Both the position numbers and the translations under genes were made by a program. 64,000 nucleotides of DNA. Origin: an uncultured Leptospira sp. GTDB taxonomy: Bacteria; Spirochaetota; UBA4802; UB4802. The stretch is from the NCBI GenBank assembly GCA_964509195.1, contig CAZDWJ010000002.1, forward strand, positions 8,214 to 72,213, given 5' to 3'. Below are positions 18,320 to 27,721 of the stretch, piece after piece (position 1 is the stretch's first letter; every line of letters begins with the position of its first letter). The notes below the pieces were generated by a model. The model was not told the DNA's origin, did not search any database, and saw only the letters and a program-made list of their open reading frames with translations.

Positions 18320-19450
18320 ATGACCATCAACACCAACACTAGCACTAATAATAATGATAAATCTGCTATATATACAAAAACAAAATTAAAACTTTCAGTG
18401 TTGCACATGATTATGGAACTTCTCCTTTTAGGAATCGGTGCTTTTACCATCTCACAGCCATTATATAAGTTACTATCGCCGCTAATACAAAATGATTATC
18501 TATTACTTTTAGCGTTTTTTACATGCTTTGGGGCGTTATTATCTCTTGTACTTTTGCCCCTGGAATTTTACCAAACGTATATTGTAGAACATAAATTTGA
18601 GCTTTCAAATCAAAATGTTTTAGACTGGTGTATTGAAGAATTGAAATCGTTGCTGGTTTCAGCAATTATTGGCTTGCCTCTTGCATTGTTGTTTTACTAT
18701 TTCATCAAAGCAACACCACTGTGGTGGTTGTACTTTGCTCTTGTAGTTTTTATAGTTGCGATAGTTTTAGCTAAAATTGCCCCAATATTAATATTCCCCA
18801 TTTTTTATAAATTCGCACCCATTGACAATGAGGAGCTGAAGAACTCTTTGACAGAACTCATGAATACGCACGGACTGCATGTTGCAGGCATTTTTTCGTT
18901 TAATATGAGTAAAGATACAAAAAAAGCCAACGCGGCATTTACAGGGTTGGGTAAAACACGAAGGATAATAATCAGTGATACGTTACTTAATGATTTTACG
19001 GTTAACGAAATTAAAACGGTATTTGCCCATGAATTGGGTCATTATGCACATAAACATATAATTAAAAATATTCTGCTGAGCGGAATCATTATTGTTGTAT
19101 CATTTTATATATGTTCGTATTTCTATGAATTGACATTGCGCAGTGCAGGGTATTTATATAGATATGATATCGCAGCTCTGCCAATACTTGCTTTTTATCT
19201 TTCAATATTCAGTCTTCTACTTATGCCTCTGCTGAATACTCTGTCGCGGTATTATGAAAAGCAAGCCGATATGTACGCACTTAAAATAACTGACAATCCT
19301 GAGGCGTTTATTTCAACAATGGAAAAGCTTGCTGCAATGAATCTTTCCCAAAAAGAACAGCATCCACTTATTGAATTTTTCCTTTATAGTCACCCCACAA
19401 TTGCAAAACGTATTCAGTTAGCTAAGAACTACAGGACCACCACTTCTTGA
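18320..19450 (+). CDS. M48-family (Ste24/HtpX-like) integral-membrane zinc metallopeptidase
   Basis: Multiple TM helices. Motifs ANAAFTGLGKTRRIIISDTLL, HELGHYAHKH and EKQADMYAL are M48A-like. Confidence 0.65.
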   Translation: MTINTNTSTNNNDKSAIYTKTKLKLSVLHMIMELLLLGIGAFTISQPLYKLLSPLIQNDYLLLLAFFTCFGALLSLVLLPLEFYQTYIVEHKFELSNQNVLDWCIEELKSLLVSAIIGLPLALLFYYFIKATPLWWLYFALVVFIVAIVLAKIAPILIFPIFYKFAPIDNEELKNSLTELMNTHGLHVAGIFSFNMSKDTKKANAAFTGLGKTRRIIISDTLLNDFTVNEIKTVFAHELGHYAHKHIIKNILLSGIIIVVSFYICSYFYELTLRSAGYLYRYDIAALPILAFYLSIFSLLLMPLLNTLSRYYEKQADMYALKITDNPEAFISTMEKLAAMNLSQKEQHPLIEFFLYSHPTIAKRIQLAKNYRTTTS

Positions 19451-20449
19451 TTGTATATTGCCAATGATGTATGCTTTTTCTCCCTGCTGGATAAGGATGT
19501 TTACTAGAGATTCAGCATCATTTTTTGCTACCACACACATCATGCCAATACCCATATTAAATGTTGTAAACATTTCTTTTTCTTCAATACTGCCTTCTTT
19601 CTGTATTATCTGGAATATTGGTGGTACAGGAAATAATTTTTTTTCAATATAGGCAGCTGTGTTATCTGGCAAAATACGCGGAATATTTTCGTAAAAGCCA
19701 CCACCGGTTATATGAACAAGACCTTTAATGGTGACTGTCTCCAATGCTTTTAAAATAGGTTTTACATATATGCGTGTTGGTTCAAGTAGTACTTCGCCTA
19801 ATGGTTTATTCAATTCGTCAAGTTTTGTTTCAACTTTGTATTTCTTTATATCAAAAAATAATTTCCTGACAAGTGAATATCCGTTAGAATGAATTCCTGA
19901 AGAAGCAATGCCAATGATTACATCGCCAGGTTGAATGGTGCTGCCATTGATGATGCGCTGTTTGTCAACAACACCAACACTGAAGCCGGCAATATCATAA
20001 TCATCAGCTTGCATAACATTGGGGTGTTCAGCGGTTTCGCCACCTATCAGTGCACAATCAGCTATTTTGCAGCCCATGGCAATTCCTTTAATCACATCAA
20101 CAAGAACATCTTCATTAAGTTTTCCACAAGCTATATAATCTAAGAAAAATAGTGGTTTGGCACCGGTTACGACGATGTCATTTACGCACATTGCTACTGC
20201 ATCTATACCAATAGTATTGTGTAGGTTCATTATCTGCGCAATCTTTAATTTAGTTCCCACGCCATCCGTACTTGATACTAGAACCGGTTCTTTATATTGT
20301 GGAAATTTAGCATCAAACAGTGCAGCAAAACCTCCAATGTCAGTTAATACTTCTTTTGTAAATGTATCTTTTACTATAGAACTAATTTTTTTGACAAACC
20401 TGTTGCCACCTTCTACATCAACACCTGAATCTTTATATGTTATTCCCAT
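19418..20449 (-). CDS. purM: Phosphoribosylformylglycinamidine cyclo-ligase
   Basis: 343 aa, MGITYKDSGVDVEGGNRFVKKI, AIR synthase family throughout. Its 3' end overlaps the convergent M48 gene by 33 nt. Confidence 0.9.
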   Translation of the reverse strand: MGITYKDSGVDVEGGNRFVKKISSIVKDTFTKEVLTDIGGFAALFDAKFPQYKEPVLVSSTDGVGTKLKIAQIMNLHNTIGIDAVAMCVNDIVVTGAKPLFFLDYIACGKLNEDVLVDVIKGIAMGCKIADCALIGGETAEHPNVMQADDYDIAGFSVGVVDKQRIINGSTIQPGDVIIGIASSGIHSNGYSLVRKLFFDIKKYKVETKLDELNKPLGEVLLEPTRIYVKPILKALETVTIKGLVHITGGGFYENIPRILPDNTAAYIEKKLFPVPPIFQIIQKEGSIEEKEMFTTFNMGIGMMCVVAKNDAESLVNILIQQGEKAYIIGNIQSRSGGPVVLS

Positions 20450-21017
20450 AAAAACCTCGTTAATTAATCAAAAGATAAATTGTAAAGTGTGAAAGGTTAA
20501 TTGTAAGTTGTGAATGATTAATGGTAAATTATTAATTTTAAATAAACAATAAAAAAATAATACACTAAGAATGTAACAGTATATATTTACTTTTTTAAAG
20601 AATAAATATCGGTAAGATCAGTAGTCATTATTTGTCAATAAAGAAAGATAATCATATAAAAAATATGAGCATGCGCCTTGTAGATAATTTCTTTTATAAA
20701 ATTAAGGAAAGATAGAAGTCATATAAAAGATTATTAAAAACTGCAGAAATGAGACATGTGCTGCAATCATTGATTGCAGCTGTTGACCATTTGATTAAGT
20801 AATAATTCAGTTATTATACATAATTTTATATATAATTTATTACTTGCAATTTAATTGCACATATTATCATATTGTAATATAATGTGATGTAATAATTTTT
20901 AACGTTCTGTCGCTGCATTGTAAGGATGAGTTGTTAGGGAATATGAAAGTTGTGTTTAATTGATTAAAGCGTTTATTCCCGGATAACTCAAAATAATGAA
21001 AGAGGAGGAGGTTTTTT

Positions 21018-22727
21018 ATGAAAGATCCTAAAAAAGATCAGTTGTGTGTGGAGAAATATAAAGAATTGCTTCCAAACCTGGCTGATTATGTTGCGTTGTA
21101 TGCTAAAAAGAAACCAAAGGCATTGGCAATTATTGAACATAATACGGGCGAGAAAGTAACATGGAAGCAATTTAATACATCGGTATCGGCTTTTGCTGCA
21201 AAGCTTCTGTCTATTGGACTGAAAAAAGGTGATATTGTAGCAACCAGCCTGCCGTTACTCAAAGAACATATCTATTTGATGTATGCGTGTTACCGTATAG
21301 GCGTTATTGTAGCTCCACTGGATTTACGACTAAAGACCAAAGAAATTCAATACTGCCTTGACAGAATGAAACCAAAAGCATATTTCTTCCTGGGTAAAAC
21401 TCCGGTAGCGGATTTCAGACCCATGATTGCTGAAGTAATGAAGTCTTCGTCATATGTTAAGTACTGGGTACAGTTTCAGAAAGAACCTGAATACATTATG
21501 GAAGGAGCTATCGGCGTTACAGATTTTGTCAAAGATATTAAGAAGGTATTTATAAAAAGTTTATTTACTGGCAGTGTTAAAAAAGCACGTAAAAAAGTGG
21601 AAAAGCGTGATGCATGTTTAATTATTTTCACCACTGGTTCAACAGGTTCACCAAAACCAGCACTATTGTGCCATGAAGGGATTCTTGTACAGAATATAGG
21701 ACTTGCTGTTGGGTTTGAGTTACAGGAAAGCGATAGATTTCTTGTAAATCTTCCTCCTTCGCATGTTGGTTGTACTACTGAACAGTTAGCAACAACTATC
21801 TATGGTGGTGGTACATCAGTTATACTACATATCTTTGATCCTAAATTAAGCCTTGAGGCCATACAGGCCCATAAAGTTACATGTTTAGGTCAGATTCCTG
21901 CATTGTTTAACATGGAATGGCTTTTGCCAAATTATAAGGATTATGATTTATCAAGTTTGCGTTTTGCTATCTATGGAGGGCAAGCGGTTTCAAGAGAATT
22001 TTTAGTAAAGATGAAATCAATGGCACCTAGGATTGGAACTGGTTTAGGTTTAACAGAAACTTCAGGATTTTGCACATACACTGATGTTGATGCAGATGTT
22101 GATGAGATCGTTCAGGGTATTGGCTATGATATGCCTCTGTGTCCAATCAGCATACGTGAGCCTATGAATGCAGATGGCTCTGCAGGAAGGGAAAAGGCTA
22201 AAGGTGAGATTGGTGAGATATGTTTCAGTGGCCCACAGATTTTTTTGGGTTATCTTAATGATCCAGATAATACCAAAAAGACAATTTCAAAAGAAGGAAT
22301 ATGTTACACCGGCGATTTAGGGTATTATGATGATAAAGGTCTACATTTTGCCGGCAGGTCAAAGCTTGTTATTAAGCCTAAAGGGTATCAGGTGTATCCT
22401 GATGATGTTGAGCATCATATTAGTGAAAAGCTAAAAGGCAAAGTCAATATGGTTGCGGTAGTTGGTGCCGAGCACAATGTGTATTCTGAGGCAATAATTG
22501 CATTTGTTGAACCGCTGCAGGGTGTAGAGGTAACTTCTGAAGATGTAATGAAAGCATGTGATGATATATCAGCATATTCCAGGCCATCACATGTTGAGAT
22601 AATTAAATCCGGTCAGTTCCCTCTGAACAGGGTTGCAAAGACTGACTATGTATTATTAAAAGAGGAAGCCAAGAAGATAGTCGAAAGATTACGTAATGAA
22701 GGTAAATGGGATAAGGCTAAGCAGTGA
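21018..22727 (+). CDS. AMP-binding acyl-CoA synthetase / fatty-acid--CoA ligase family protein
   Basis: AMP-binding motif FTTGSTGSPKPALLCHEG and YGLTETSG-like and ATP/AMP signature regions. Strong RBS GAGGAGGAGG. Confidence 0.8.
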   Translation: MKDPKKDQLCVEKYKELLPNLADYVALYAKKKPKALAIIEHNTGEKVTWKQFNTSVSAFAAKLLSIGLKKGDIVATSLPLLKEHIYLMYACYRIGVIVAPLDLRLKTKEIQYCLDRMKPKAYFFLGKTPVADFRPMIAEVMKSSSYVKYWVQFQKEPEYIMEGAIGVTDFVKDIKKVFIKSLFTGSVKKARKKVEKRDACLIIFTTGSTGSPKPALLCHEGILVQNIGLAVGFELQESDRFLVNLPPSHVGCTTEQLATTIYGGGTSVILHIFDPKLSLEAIQAHKVTCLGQIPALFNMEWLLPNYKDYDLSSLRFAIYGGQAVSREFLVKMKSMAPRIGTGLGLTETSGFCTYTDVDADVDEIVQGIGYDMPLCPISIREPMNADGSAGREKAKGEIGEICFSGPQIFLGYLNDPDNTKKTISKEGICYTGDLGYYDDKGLHFAGRSKLVIKPKGYQVYPDDVEHHISEKLKGKVNMVAVVGAEHNVYSEAIIAFVEPLQGVEVTSEDVMKACDDISAYSRPSHVEIIKSGQFPLNRVAKTDYVLLKEEAKKIVERLRNEGKWDKAKQ

Positions 22728-22795
22728 TAGACAATTAGATTATCAATGTCAAATATTGACATTTTGATGCAGTTTGACCTATTGTTTGATATAGG

Positions 22796-22837
22796 GGCTT
22801 GCTTTTAAAAGCAGGCCTTTATTTTTTTTTATTTTTT
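22796..22837 (+). terminator. Rho-independent terminator after the acyl-CoA ligase gene
   Basis: Stem GGCTTGC / GCAGGCC (one G-U wobble), loop TTTTAAAA, followed by a T-rich tract of about 20 nt. Confidence 0.5.
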
Positions 22838-22918
22838 GATGAAAAACGGTTGCAAAAATATTTTATTTCACTATTATCAATATGAAGTTTAAAAATATTT
22901 AATCAGGATCTAAAATTT

Positions 22919-23797
22919 ATGGAACGTGCTGATATTTGGTATTGTACTGATAATGACAAGGGGAAAGAAATCTATAATACCTTAAAGATACTGGGATTGA
23001 ATATATCTCTTATTGAAAAAAATAACTTTTTATCATGCAATGTTGTTCCTACACGAATAAATATATTTATAATTGATTTAGTTAACCGTGACATTTCTGA
23101 AATTCTATCTATGATCCGTAAGGATGAACGTATCCAAAAATTTTTAAAATATCTTGTGTTATACAAAAAGCAGATTCGTAAAGCTTCACATCTTGCTTCA
23201 GACTTAATGCATCTTGAAATTTTATCACGCCCATTACAAAAACGTGAATTTTCACTGTTATTAGAAAAATCAATCATTGTTGAGCGTTATAAAGAAATGT
23301 TGAATTTGTTTTCACATGAAGCGGGAGAAAGAATGGAAACATATTCTAACTTGCTTGATATTAACAGAAAAGAATCTTTTTTTGATGAAAAGGAGAAGAA
23401 CATTTTTGAAAAGATCATACATTTTGAAAAACATATTATTGAGGAACAAAAAAAACTTAATACAGCAATTGCAAATTTTGCAAAAGTGCGTCAGCAGGAA
23501 TTGTTTGATTTGAAAAAAAGAATCGATGCGGAGGAAATGCTTTCTGAGTTGCGAAGGAAAGAATTGATGGATGCTCAAAGTGTAATTGAGGCACAGAATG
23601 CTGTTATTGAATATTCAAGCAAGGAATTAAAAGATGCAACAGAAATACTTCATGCTACTGAAGCAGTTCAGGAATTAGGGAGATTAGAAGCTATGCAATT
23701 ACATGAGCAGTTAAAAAAAGAAAAACAAAGAAACCAGGATTTAATGATACGAATTGCAGAGCTTGAACAAAAAATAAAAGATTTACAGTCTCGGTAA
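22919..23797 (+). CDS. Hypothetical protein: degenerate receiver-like N-domain plus long C-terminal coiled coil
   Basis: The N-terminal roughly 125 aa has a REC-like alternation (DND ... IFIIDL ... LKYLVLY ... SRPLQ) with a non-canonical K/T. The C-terminal roughly 150 aa has heptad-rich E/K/Q/L composition. Confidence 0.4.
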   Translation: MERADIWYCTDNDKGKEIYNTLKILGLNISLIEKNNFLSCNVVPTRINIFIIDLVNRDISEILSMIRKDERIQKFLKYLVLYKKQIRKASHLASDLMHLEILSRPLQKREFSLLLEKSIIVERYKEMLNLFSHEAGERMETYSNLLDINRKESFFDEKEKNIFEKIIHFEKHIIEEQKKLNTAIANFAKVRQQELFDLKKRIDAEEMLSELRRKELMDAQSVIEAQNAVIEYSSKELKDATEILHATEAVQELGRLEAMQLHEQLKKEKQRNQDLMIRIAELEQKIKDLQSR

Positions 23798-23800
23798 GTT

Positions 23801-24358
23801 ATGGTCCATCGGTTAATTATTATTTTGTTACTATCTTTGATATTGATTTTTTTTAATTCATCACCAAATCTTGCGTGGTTCAATAGAGGGCTTGATAATA
23901 CTTTAATAGAAATGCAGAAACTTTTTACTCAGAGGGACTTGATGCAATTATATGACAATTATGTCCATACTGATATCAAAGAAGATATTGTTAAGTTGAT
24001 TAACGCTATGAAAACTGAAAAGATGGATGAGAATAAAATTGCACTGAGACTGAATTATAAAAATGTTGAACAATATCGAAATGCTACGCCCAGAGATATT
24101 ATCATACATTTTTTTGATTTGATAAAGCAACCAAGGTATACTCATCCTTCCAACATTAAGAATAGTGCATATCTCAGGCTTGCACTATCGGTATCACTTT
24201 TATTTGCATTTTTAGATAATGGGATGGAACTTGTTGATAGAGAAATCGACTGGAGGTGTGCTATATTAACGTATAAGGGGAATAATTTTACCATGAAAAT
24301 ATACTTTTATTATCAAAATGGAAAATGGTTCTTGACAGATGGCAGGCAGTGTCTGTAA
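23801..24358 (+). CDS. Hypothetical secreted protein (185 aa)
   Basis: N-terminal signal/TM LIIILLLSLILIFF. It starts 4 nt after the upstream stop. Confidence 0.4.
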   Translation: MVHRLIIILLLSLILIFFNSSPNLAWFNRGLDNTLIEMQKLFTQRDLMQLYDNYVHTDIKEDIVKLINAMKTEKMDENKIALRLNYKNVEQYRNATPRDIIIHFFDLIKQPRYTHPSNIKNSAYLRLALSVSLLFAFLDNGMELVDREIDWRCAILTYKGNNFTMKIYFYYQNGKWFLTDGRQCL

Positions 24359-24418
24359 ACATGGTTATAATTATATACATACTATCAATTAATAATAAAA
24401 TTAAATTAATATATAATT

Positions 24419-24685
24419 ATGGAATGGCAGAAAATATTAGCTGATGCAGTGCAGGATGGGAAGATAAGGGAGTTACATCTTAAGAAAATTCCTGTGTTAA
24501 AAACCTGTGATAATTGGCGTGAAGTGGAGCCAATTGGCTGGATTGACCACCCAATGAAGCTAACTCATTATAAAGGGGCTCTGGTTAAACTAAGAGGAAA
24601 TATTTATTTTGTGACTGAAAAAACTATCAATGCCTTAAGTGAATACATCAACTGGAAGATCACTCAGCGGATTGATGTGATTTAA
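24419..24685 (+). CDS. Hypothetical protein (88 aa)
   Basis: ORF preceded by a very AT-rich promoter-like tract. No recognisable motif. Confidence 0.3.
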   Translation: MEWQKILADAVQDGKIRELHLKKIPVLKTCDNWREVEPIGWIDHPMKLTHYKGALVKLRGNIYFVTEKTINALSEYINWKITQRIDVI

Positions 24686-26500
24686 TCATTCTCTATTAAG
24701 CTTAATCGTCATTACCACGTCTTTCTTTTGCGCAACCTTGATGACAGTATCTAATGCTGATTCATTAATTAATATGCAATAATCACTTATCCTTTCAACT
24801 ATCGCACCTTTAGGCAGGCTATGCGAAAGCTCATCAATAAACTCTTTTCTGTCGGACTTGAGAATTACACCGTGTTGAATAATAACTTCCGGCGTACGTT
24901 CAATCCACTCGTTAAGCTGAAACCGTATATTCTGAGGGAGCTGATTTTTTGCATATTGCTTCAATACCAAAAGGAAAATTTCAGGATTCATCCCACGTTT
25001 AATTGCATTAAGCATCGCTGTTTTGGAAATTTTTGCATGTATTGTTACATCAGTTGAAGTTATATCTGTAAATGCCAGAAGCATATATGAAATATCAGAA
25101 GGTATTTCATGGTATGGAATAACAAGAGAAAAGTCAGGGTTAATATAGATTGCCGGAGATGGTAGTTGGCTGGATTTTTTTTCCTGCTGGTATATATTCT
25201 TTCCAATATCACTTAGCCTGATAGTATTATTAATAATTTCTAAAACACCTGTAACGCATAGAAAATTAATTACAGCCAGTACATTAATCCTGGTGTTTTC
25301 GTAGTAGTCATCAATTTGTTGTAAAGTATCCGAAAGCACTATAGGTAGTGATTCTAGAAAATATATATATACATAATCATCTGGTGTGCAATCAGGATAT
25401 TTTTTAATAAGTCGTAGAATATTATTTATAACTTCATGATTTACAGGCAATGGATTTGGGAATAGGGTATTTTTTTCTTTACCTGCTGCTTGCAGTATAA
25501 TCTGGACAATCTGATGAGGGCTTGATAAAAACTTGTTCAAATGTTTAAGTGAACTATTAATATTAATTGATGAAACAGATAGTGAGTTTGTAATAGATAG
25601 TAGATATAATGCAAGTTGTGTTACCTGGGTCGATGTCAATGGTTTGCCTATTGTTTGAATAGATAATGTATGTAATGCCTTTGTAATTTTATCAATATCC
25701 GATTTGCGTACATTACCTTCCTGAGTCAAAAACAGCCCTTTTGATGATATACAATCATAAGCTTTTAACATAGCGATAAGAGCCATGTAATGATTATTGA
25801 GATTAATAATATTTTTATTGTCGTTTATAGCTTGTATATAGTAGGGATTGACCAGTATAATTCCTGAAAACTGTGTTGATAAATTATGAAATATTCTAAT
25901 ACAGTTATTTATGCTTAATTCATTAAGTATGTTGTTGGCTTTACTGATACCCAGGGTTTCTATAGCATATTTCACTGAAACAACACAACCTTGTTGTATA
26001 CATTGTTTCAGGAAGAGATGTGCAGTATTACTGATGGAGGCTTTTTTGGCTGTGAAGGTTTTTTTTGATGCGATGCATTTTATTATTTCGTTGCAATATT
26101 CATGTAATAAACGAGTATCAATTGGATGAAGGATTTGCCGCAGTTCTGGGTATAAACATATTTTATCCAACTTATTAGAAAGCAACTGTCGATTTTTAAG
26201 AATGTAAACAATTGACTTGTTGATCAATAGTTGTGAGGTTTTTTCAATCTGGTGTAGGGGAATATGCAAGTTGTGTTCAATGTCCCTGAAATGCACATCA
26301 TTTGTTGCAAGGATCCGAAGAATAGAAATTTCATCAGGACTACATTGCGAAAAAATCAGTTCAACTCCAACATAACTTGACATTCTTGAAGCAATATCTT
26401 TAGCTGTTGTTTTTTTAGGATCGTGAAATCCAATCATTGAAGCAAGGGCAATATGATCTTTTTTATCTAATGTTTCGATATGTTGTAATAATGTTCTCAT
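24686..26500 (-). CDS. Hypothetical protein (604 aa, predicted all-alpha, no nucleotide-binding motifs)
   Basis: Long uninterrupted ORF in very AT-rich DNA. I find no Walker, HEXXH or HEPN motifs. It is convergent with and abuts the 88-aa ORF. Confidence 0.45.
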   Translation of the reverse strand: MRTLLQHIETLDKKDHIALASMIGFHDPKKTTAKDIASRMSSYVGVELIFSQCSPDEISILRILATNDVHFRDIEHNLHIPLHQIEKTSQLLINKSIVYILKNRQLLSNKLDKICLYPELRQILHPIDTRLLHEYCNEIIKCIASKKTFTAKKASISNTAHLFLKQCIQQGCVVSVKYAIETLGISKANNILNELSINNCIRIFHNLSTQFSGIILVNPYYIQAINDNKNIINLNNHYMALIAMLKAYDCISSKGLFLTQEGNVRKSDIDKITKALHTLSIQTIGKPLTSTQVTQLALYLLSITNSLSVSSININSSLKHLNKFLSSPHQIVQIILQAAGKEKNTLFPNPLPVNHEVINNILRLIKKYPDCTPDDYVYIYFLESLPIVLSDTLQQIDDYYENTRINVLAVINFLCVTGVLEIINNTIRLSDIGKNIYQQEKKSSQLPSPAIYINPDFSLVIPYHEIPSDISYMLLAFTDITSTDVTIHAKISKTAMLNAIKRGMNPEIFLLVLKQYAKNQLPQNIRFQLNEWIERTPEVIIQHGVILKSDRKEFIDELSHSLPKGAIVERISDYCILINESALDTVIKVAQKKDVVMTIKLNRE

Positions 26501-26635
26501 TGTTTAAAAAATTGTAGACACATTAATTGCAATAATATACATGATATCTTCATAATTTTTCACATATCAGAGTGTAACTTTTGTACTATTAGTGCATATA
26601 CAAAATATATCCTTTATACAAACTGAGGTACGTAG

Positions 26636-27706
26636 ATGTTACAATTTTTAGCTCTCAATAAACAAAGTACTGATACAATCCAAATTCATGTCCTTGGCAA
26701 TACTATGATTGCTAAGCTCATGTTGAAACGAATAGGATACCTGATACTATTGATTTATTCAACTATTTTTTTGGCAGTAGCTATTCCTTATAACGGGACC
26801 TATGCTATAGGTGGATTTTTGTGCTGTGTATTTCTGCTAAGGATTATTAACGATTTTATAAAGTGGCGTAAATTTGAAAATGCCATTTTAACTGCATCAC
26901 CATCAGGTATACATATTCAAACTCAAACAGAGAATTATCATTTTAATCCAAAAGACATAACATACCTTGAAGTAAATGTTTTCAGTAACATGGTAATACG
27001 TGAACGCTACCGCAGTTTAGGATTTCCCCTAATGATAGTAAGTAATGAAGACAGGGAGAAACTCTTAAATTATTTTTATGACATGTCGCCCAAACGCACT
27101 GTATTATTTAAAAAGACATGGGAGATGTTTGATGCAATTCTTGTTGCATTTATCCTTGCGATGCACATACGGCAGTTTATCATTCAGGCATATTATATAC
27201 CAACAGGTTCAATGGAAGATACGTTACTGGTTGGAGATCATCTTTTAGCTGAAAAGATTACCTATGGGCCAACTATCCCGCAAATGATAGGCATGAAAAA
27301 ACCTATCCATCTTTCATTTTTAAGCATAAGGCCTGTTAAGCGTGGAGATATTATAATATTCCGTCCTCCTAATGAAGAAGAAAAAGATTTTATCAAGCGA
27401 TGTATAGCTATCGAAGGTGATGAAGTGCACATTGAAGATGGTGCAGTATGGGTAAATGGAGTTAAATTGAATGAACCGTATGTTAAAGGAGTTACATCAT
27501 ATAGGGGTTTCAGCGAAAAGCGTATTGAAGGAATTGTCCCTAAAGGGATGATTGTGGCGATGGGTGATAATAGAGAAAATTCCTATGACAGCCGTGGTTT
27601 TGGATATGTCCCTATTGACAGAATTAAAGGAAAAGCATTTATACTATACTGGAATACAGATAATATCAAAAATTTGGATTTTTCCCGGCTTGGCTTAATC
27701 AAGTAA
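26636..27706 (+). CDS. lepB: Signal peptidase I with roughly 150-aa N-terminal membrane extension
   Basis: Catalytic Ser box IPTGSMEDTL, Lys box KRCIAIEGDEV, and C-terminal GDNRENSYDSRGFGYVP. The extra N-terminal region carries two TM segments. Confidence 0.75.
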   Translation: MLQFLALNKQSTDTIQIHVLGNTMIAKLMLKRIGYLILLIYSTIFLAVAIPYNGTYAIGGFLCCVFLLRIINDFIKWRKFENAILTASPSGIHIQTQTENYHFNPKDITYLEVNVFSNMVIRERYRSLGFPLMIVSNEDREKLLNYFYDMSPKRTVLFKKTWEMFDAILVAFILAMHIRQFIIQAYYIPTGSMEDTLLVGDHLLAEKITYGPTIPQMIGMKKPIHLSFLSIRPVKRGDIIIFRPPNEEEKDFIKRCIAIEGDEVHIEDGAVWVNGVKLNEPYVKGVTSYRGFSEKRIEGIVPKGMIVAMGDNRENSYDSRGFGYVPIDRIKGKAFILYWNTDNIKNLDFSRLGLIK

Positions 27707-27721
27707 TTTTTTAAGGCTTTT

